From assembly GCA_046484865.1 (NCBI GenBank), contig JAWOID010000130.1, forward strand, positions 1 through 31,422: a stretch of DNA of 31,422 nt. Direction: 5' to 3'. The position numbers and the translations under genes are program-made. This document shows, piece by piece, positions 28,533-31,422 of this stretch; position 1 is the stretch's first letter; the number at the start of each line of letters is the position of its first letter. This stretch comes from Candidatus Krumholzibacteriia bacterium (GTDB lineage Bacteria > Krumholzibacteriota > Krumholzibacteriia > LZORAL124-64-63). Below the pieces are notes generated by a model. It saw only the letters and a program-made list of their open reading frames with translations, had not been told where the DNA came from and searched no databases.

Positions 28533-30925
28533 GCCTGGAATCTCTTCAAGCGCAACGAGTTGCTCACCACGCTCACGCTGCTGAACGCCATGGCGGCGCT
28601 GGCGAGCACCGGACTGAGCAGCAGTCCGGTGAACGGGTAGAGCGCGCCGGCGGCCACCGGGATCCCCACCACGTTGTAGACGAACGCCCAGAACAGGTTC
28701 TGCTTCATGATGCGCAGGGTGCGCCGCGAGAGCCGGATCGCCTCGACGATCGCCAGGGGGTCCCCCCGCATGAGCACCACGTCACCGGCCTCGCCCGCGA
28801 TGTCGGTGCCGGTGCCCATCGCCATGCCCACGTCCGCCTGCGCAAGAGCCGGCGCGTCGTTGATGCCGTCGCCCACCATGGCGACCACCTCTCCGCTCTC
28901 CTGCAGCCGGCGCACCTCCTCCACCTTGCCCTCGGGCATCACCTCGGCCACGACGCGTCCGATGCCGGCGGCGCGGGCCACGGCCGCCGCCGTGCGACCG
29001 GAGTCGCCGGTCAACAGGACCACCTCCAGCCCCAGGCGTTTCAGGCGCTGCACGGCGGCCGGGGCGGTCGGGCGCAGCGGGTCGGCCACGGCCACGATGC
29101 CGGCCAGTTCACCGTCCACCGCCACGAACATGGCGGTCTTGCCGGCGGTCGCCAGCTCCTCGGCGCGACGAGCCAGCGGCGTCACGTCCACGCCCTCGGC
29201 GACCATCAGAGCGCGATTGCCCACCGCCACCAGGCGCTCGCCCACCCGGCCGGTCGCCCCGCGGCCGGTCACCGACGCGAACCCCTCGGTCTCCGCGAGG
29301 ACGATGCCCCGCCGGCGCGCGTCCTCCACGACGGCCTCGGCCAGCGGATGCTCCGAGACCCGTTCCACCGAGCCGGCCAGCCGCAGCAGCTCCGCCTCGT
29401 CCGCCACCGGACCGGCGTCCGCCACCACCAGGTCGGTGACCACGGGCCGCCCCTCGGTCACCGTGCCCGTCTTGTCCAGCACCACGATGGTGACCGACCG
29501 TGCCCGCTGCAGCGCCTCGCCGCCCTTGATGAGCACGCCCAGCTCGGCGCCCTTGCCGGTGGCCACCATCACCGCGGTCGGCACCGCCAGCCCCATGGCG
29601 CAGGGACAGGCGATGATGAGCACCGCGATGGCCGCCGCCAGCGCCCGCACCGCGGGCGCCGTGTCCGCGGCCACGAACCAGACCACGAACGTCACCACCG
29701 CGATCTGCATGACCACCGGGACGAAGACGGCGCTGATGCGGTCGGCGAGCCGCTGGATGGGTGCGCGCGAGCTCTGGGCCTCCCTCATGAGCCGGACGAT
29801 CCGCGCCAGGGCGCTGTCCGCGCCGAGCGCCGTGGCGCGCAGGCGGAAGCTGCCGGTACGGTTCACGGTGCCGCCGAACACCGGATCGCCCGGACCCTTG
29901 GCCACCGGCAGCGACTCGCCGGTGAGCATCGACTCGTCGACCGCGCTCTCGCCAGTCACGACCTCGCCGTCGACCGGGATCCGCTCGCCGGGGCGGACCA
30001 CCACCAGGTCGCCGTGCCGGACGTCCTCCACGGGAATGTCGCGCTCGAGCGCCATTCCCTGGCCGCCGTCGGCGCGCAGGACGCGCGCGGTCCTCGGCTG
30101 CAGGCGCGCCAGCGCCCGGAGCGCCGACGAGGTCTGCAGCTTCGCGCGCGACTCGAAGGCGTTGCCCACCAGCACGAGGGCGATGATGAACACCACTGCC
30201 TCGTAGTAGACGTCGGCCGCCACGCCGCGCGCGAGGAAGAAGCCGGGCACGACGGTGGCCGCCACCGAGAACAGCCACGCCGCACCGGTGCCCAGCGCGA
30301 TGAGCGTGTTCATGTCGGCGGAACGGTGGCGGAAGGTGCTCCAGGCCCCCACGTAGAAGTGGCGACCCGCCCAGGCCATGATGGCGGTCGTGAGCGCGAA
30401 CAGCCCCCAGGCCAGCACGGCCGGGTCCACCCGGTACAGCCACGGCAGCGTGCGCTCGAGCACCGGGTGCAGCTGTTCCATCTGCCAGCGCATGAACGGA
30501 TCCAGCGACCTGACCACCTCCGTCGCACGGCCGTGACCCGCGTCGTGAGGCGCGGCCGTCATCAGCGGCATGGAGGCGGCCATCGACACGACGGCGGCCA
30601 CGAGCGCCACCAGCGCCTTGAGGCGCCGGTCGCGATACTCCTCGGTGCGCCGGCGCTCCTGCTCTTCCTGCTCCTCGAGGGCCGTGCCGGCGGGGGACGG
30701 CAGTTCGGCGCCGTAGCCGGTGCCGCGGATCTTCTGGACGATCTGCTCGGGAGTGATCGTAGCGGGGTCGAAGGTCACCGTGGCATTGCCGACCATCAGG
30801 TTCACGGTGGCATCCTGCACGCCCTCGGTGCGCTGCAGGACGCGCTGCACGCGTCCCTGGCAAGCGGCGCACGTCATGCCGCTCACCGGGATGGTGACCT
30901 TCTCGGCGATCTGCTGCGGGTTCAC
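28523..30925 (-). CDS. copA: Cu(I)-translocating P1B-type ATPase
   Basis: GMTCAAC metal-binding domain, [34 protein letters not shown] start inferred from a GTGA overlap with the upstream small ORF. Confidence 0.93.
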   Translation of the reverse strand: MNPQQIAEKVTIPVSGMTCAACQGRVQRVLQRTEGVQDATVNLMVGNATVTFDPATITPEQIVQKIRGTGYGAELPSPAGTALEEQEEQERRRTEEYRDRRLKALVALVAAVVSMAASMPLMTAAPHDAGHGRATEVVRSLDPFMRWQMEQLHPVLERTLPWLYRVDPAVLAWGLFALTTAIMAWAGRHFYVGAWSTFRHRSADMNTLIALGTGAAWLFSVAATVVPGFFLARGVAADVYYEAVVFIIALVLVGNAFESRAKLQTSSALRALARLQPRTARVLRADGGQGMALERDIPVEDVRHGDLVVVRPGERIPVDGEVVTGESAVDESMLTGESLPVAKGPGDPVFGGTVNRTGSFRLRATALGADSALARIVRLMREAQSSRAPIQRLADRISAVFVPVVMQIAVVTFVVWFVAADTAPAVRALAAAIAVLIIACPCAMGLAVPTAVMVATGKGAELGVLIKGGEALQRARSVTIVVLDKTGTVTEGRPVVTDLVVADAGPVADEAELLRLAGSVERVSEHPLAEAVVEDARRRGIVLAETEGFASVTGRGATGRVGERLVAVGNRALMVAEGVDVTPLARRAEELATAGKTAMFVAVDGELAGIVAVADPLRPTAPAAVQRLKRLGLEVVLLTGDSGRTAAAVARAAGIGRVVAEVMPEGKVEEVRRLQESGEVVAMVGDGINDAPALAQADVGMAMGTGTDIAGEAGDVVLMRGDPLAIVEAIRLSRRTLRIMKQNLFWAFVYNVVGIPVAAGALYPFTGLLLSPVLASAAMAFSSVSVVSNSLRLKRFQAQG

Positions 30926-31098
30926 GATCGGGTCCGTGGGTGGCGCTCGGTCGATCCGAGCGGGTGGCCGCGGCTGCCGCCGTCTCCGCCATCGCTGCGA
31001 TCGTCGCCGCCGCGGCCGCCGCCCCCGAAGAAATGGAGATTGATCGCGACGACGGCGACGGCGCCGAGGATCACGACGAGCCACTCGATGGCGGTCAC
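30922..31098 (-). CDS. 58-aa single-TM small protein between copZ and copA
   Basis: Not in the ORF track: [58 protein letters not shown]. Starts 4 nt after the copZ stop, and its TGA overlaps the copA GTG. Confidence 0.6.
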   Translation of the reverse strand: MTAIEWLVVILGAVAVVAINLHFFGGGGRGGDDRSDGGDGGSRGHPLGSTERHPRTRS

Positions 31099-31102
31099 GC
31101 GG

Positions 31103-31291
31103 TCACGCTCCGGGTTCGCGGCCGATCACGTCGTATCCGGCGTCCTCCACCGCGGCGACCAGCCGATCCACGTCGGTCTGATCGGGGTCGTAGGGGACCA
31201 GCGCGTTGCCGACCTGGACCTCGTGCACCCGAGAGCCGGGCACCTCGGCCAGCGCCTGTCTGACCGCGGCCACGCAGTGCTGGCAGGTCAT
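31103..31291 (-). CDS. copZ: Heavy-metal-associated copper chaperone, apparently 5'-truncated
   Basis: MTCQHC...AVEDAGY. In-frame ISG codons precede the ATG but are cut off by TAG at 31301-31303. Confidence 0.8.
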   Translation of the reverse strand: MTCQHCVAAVRQALAEVPGSRVHEVQVGNALVPYDPDQTDVDRLVAAVEDAGYDVIGREPGA

Positions 31292-31422
31292 GCCCGAGAT
31301 CTAGCCATCCTGTGCATCTACGAGTCCCGGGCTGTCGGGAGTGCTCAAATTCCGATCCGTATATTCATAACGTAATCCGGCATTCACTCCGACAGTTTCT
31401 CCGGGTTTCCAGCTTCCTGAAA

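Overview
Very GC-rich bacterial chromosomal segment with about 25 genuine CDSs; most long ORFs in the supplied track are antisense or off-frame shadows. In order it holds: a partial IS1/InsA-like zinc-ribbon transposase fragment at the left edge; an APC amino-acid permease; an orphan PAS/HisKA_3/REC hybrid kinase; a two-gene acyl-phosphate operon (Pta-like domain fused to butyrate kinase, then ptb); a YkuD L,D-transpeptidase and an NRDE protein; a stress-type operon (SRPBCC, Zn-dehydrogenase, SDR, DUF305); a stand-alone divergent MurC-like ligase; a hybrid kinase/REC/REC-GGDEF operon; an ECF sigma/double-ZAS anti-sigma/membrane-protein operon divergent from a DUF11 (OmcB-like) lipoprotein; NADP-isocitrate dehydrogenase; an SSS symporter; and a copZ-small ORF-copA cluster that looks damaged at the right edge. 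No rRNA, tRNA or CRISPR array was seen. Two central-metabolism enzymes carry apparent regulatory add-ons and are the best novelty candidates. (1) The IDH has a 31-residue CxxC-x9-CxxC insert in the loop just before the Ser113-equivalent. (2) The butyrate kinase is fused to a Pta-like domain whose catalytic DLSRG motif reads DLPMD, suggesting a pseudo-enzyme acyl-CoA sensor. All family assignments come from motif recognition by eye; no searches were run.
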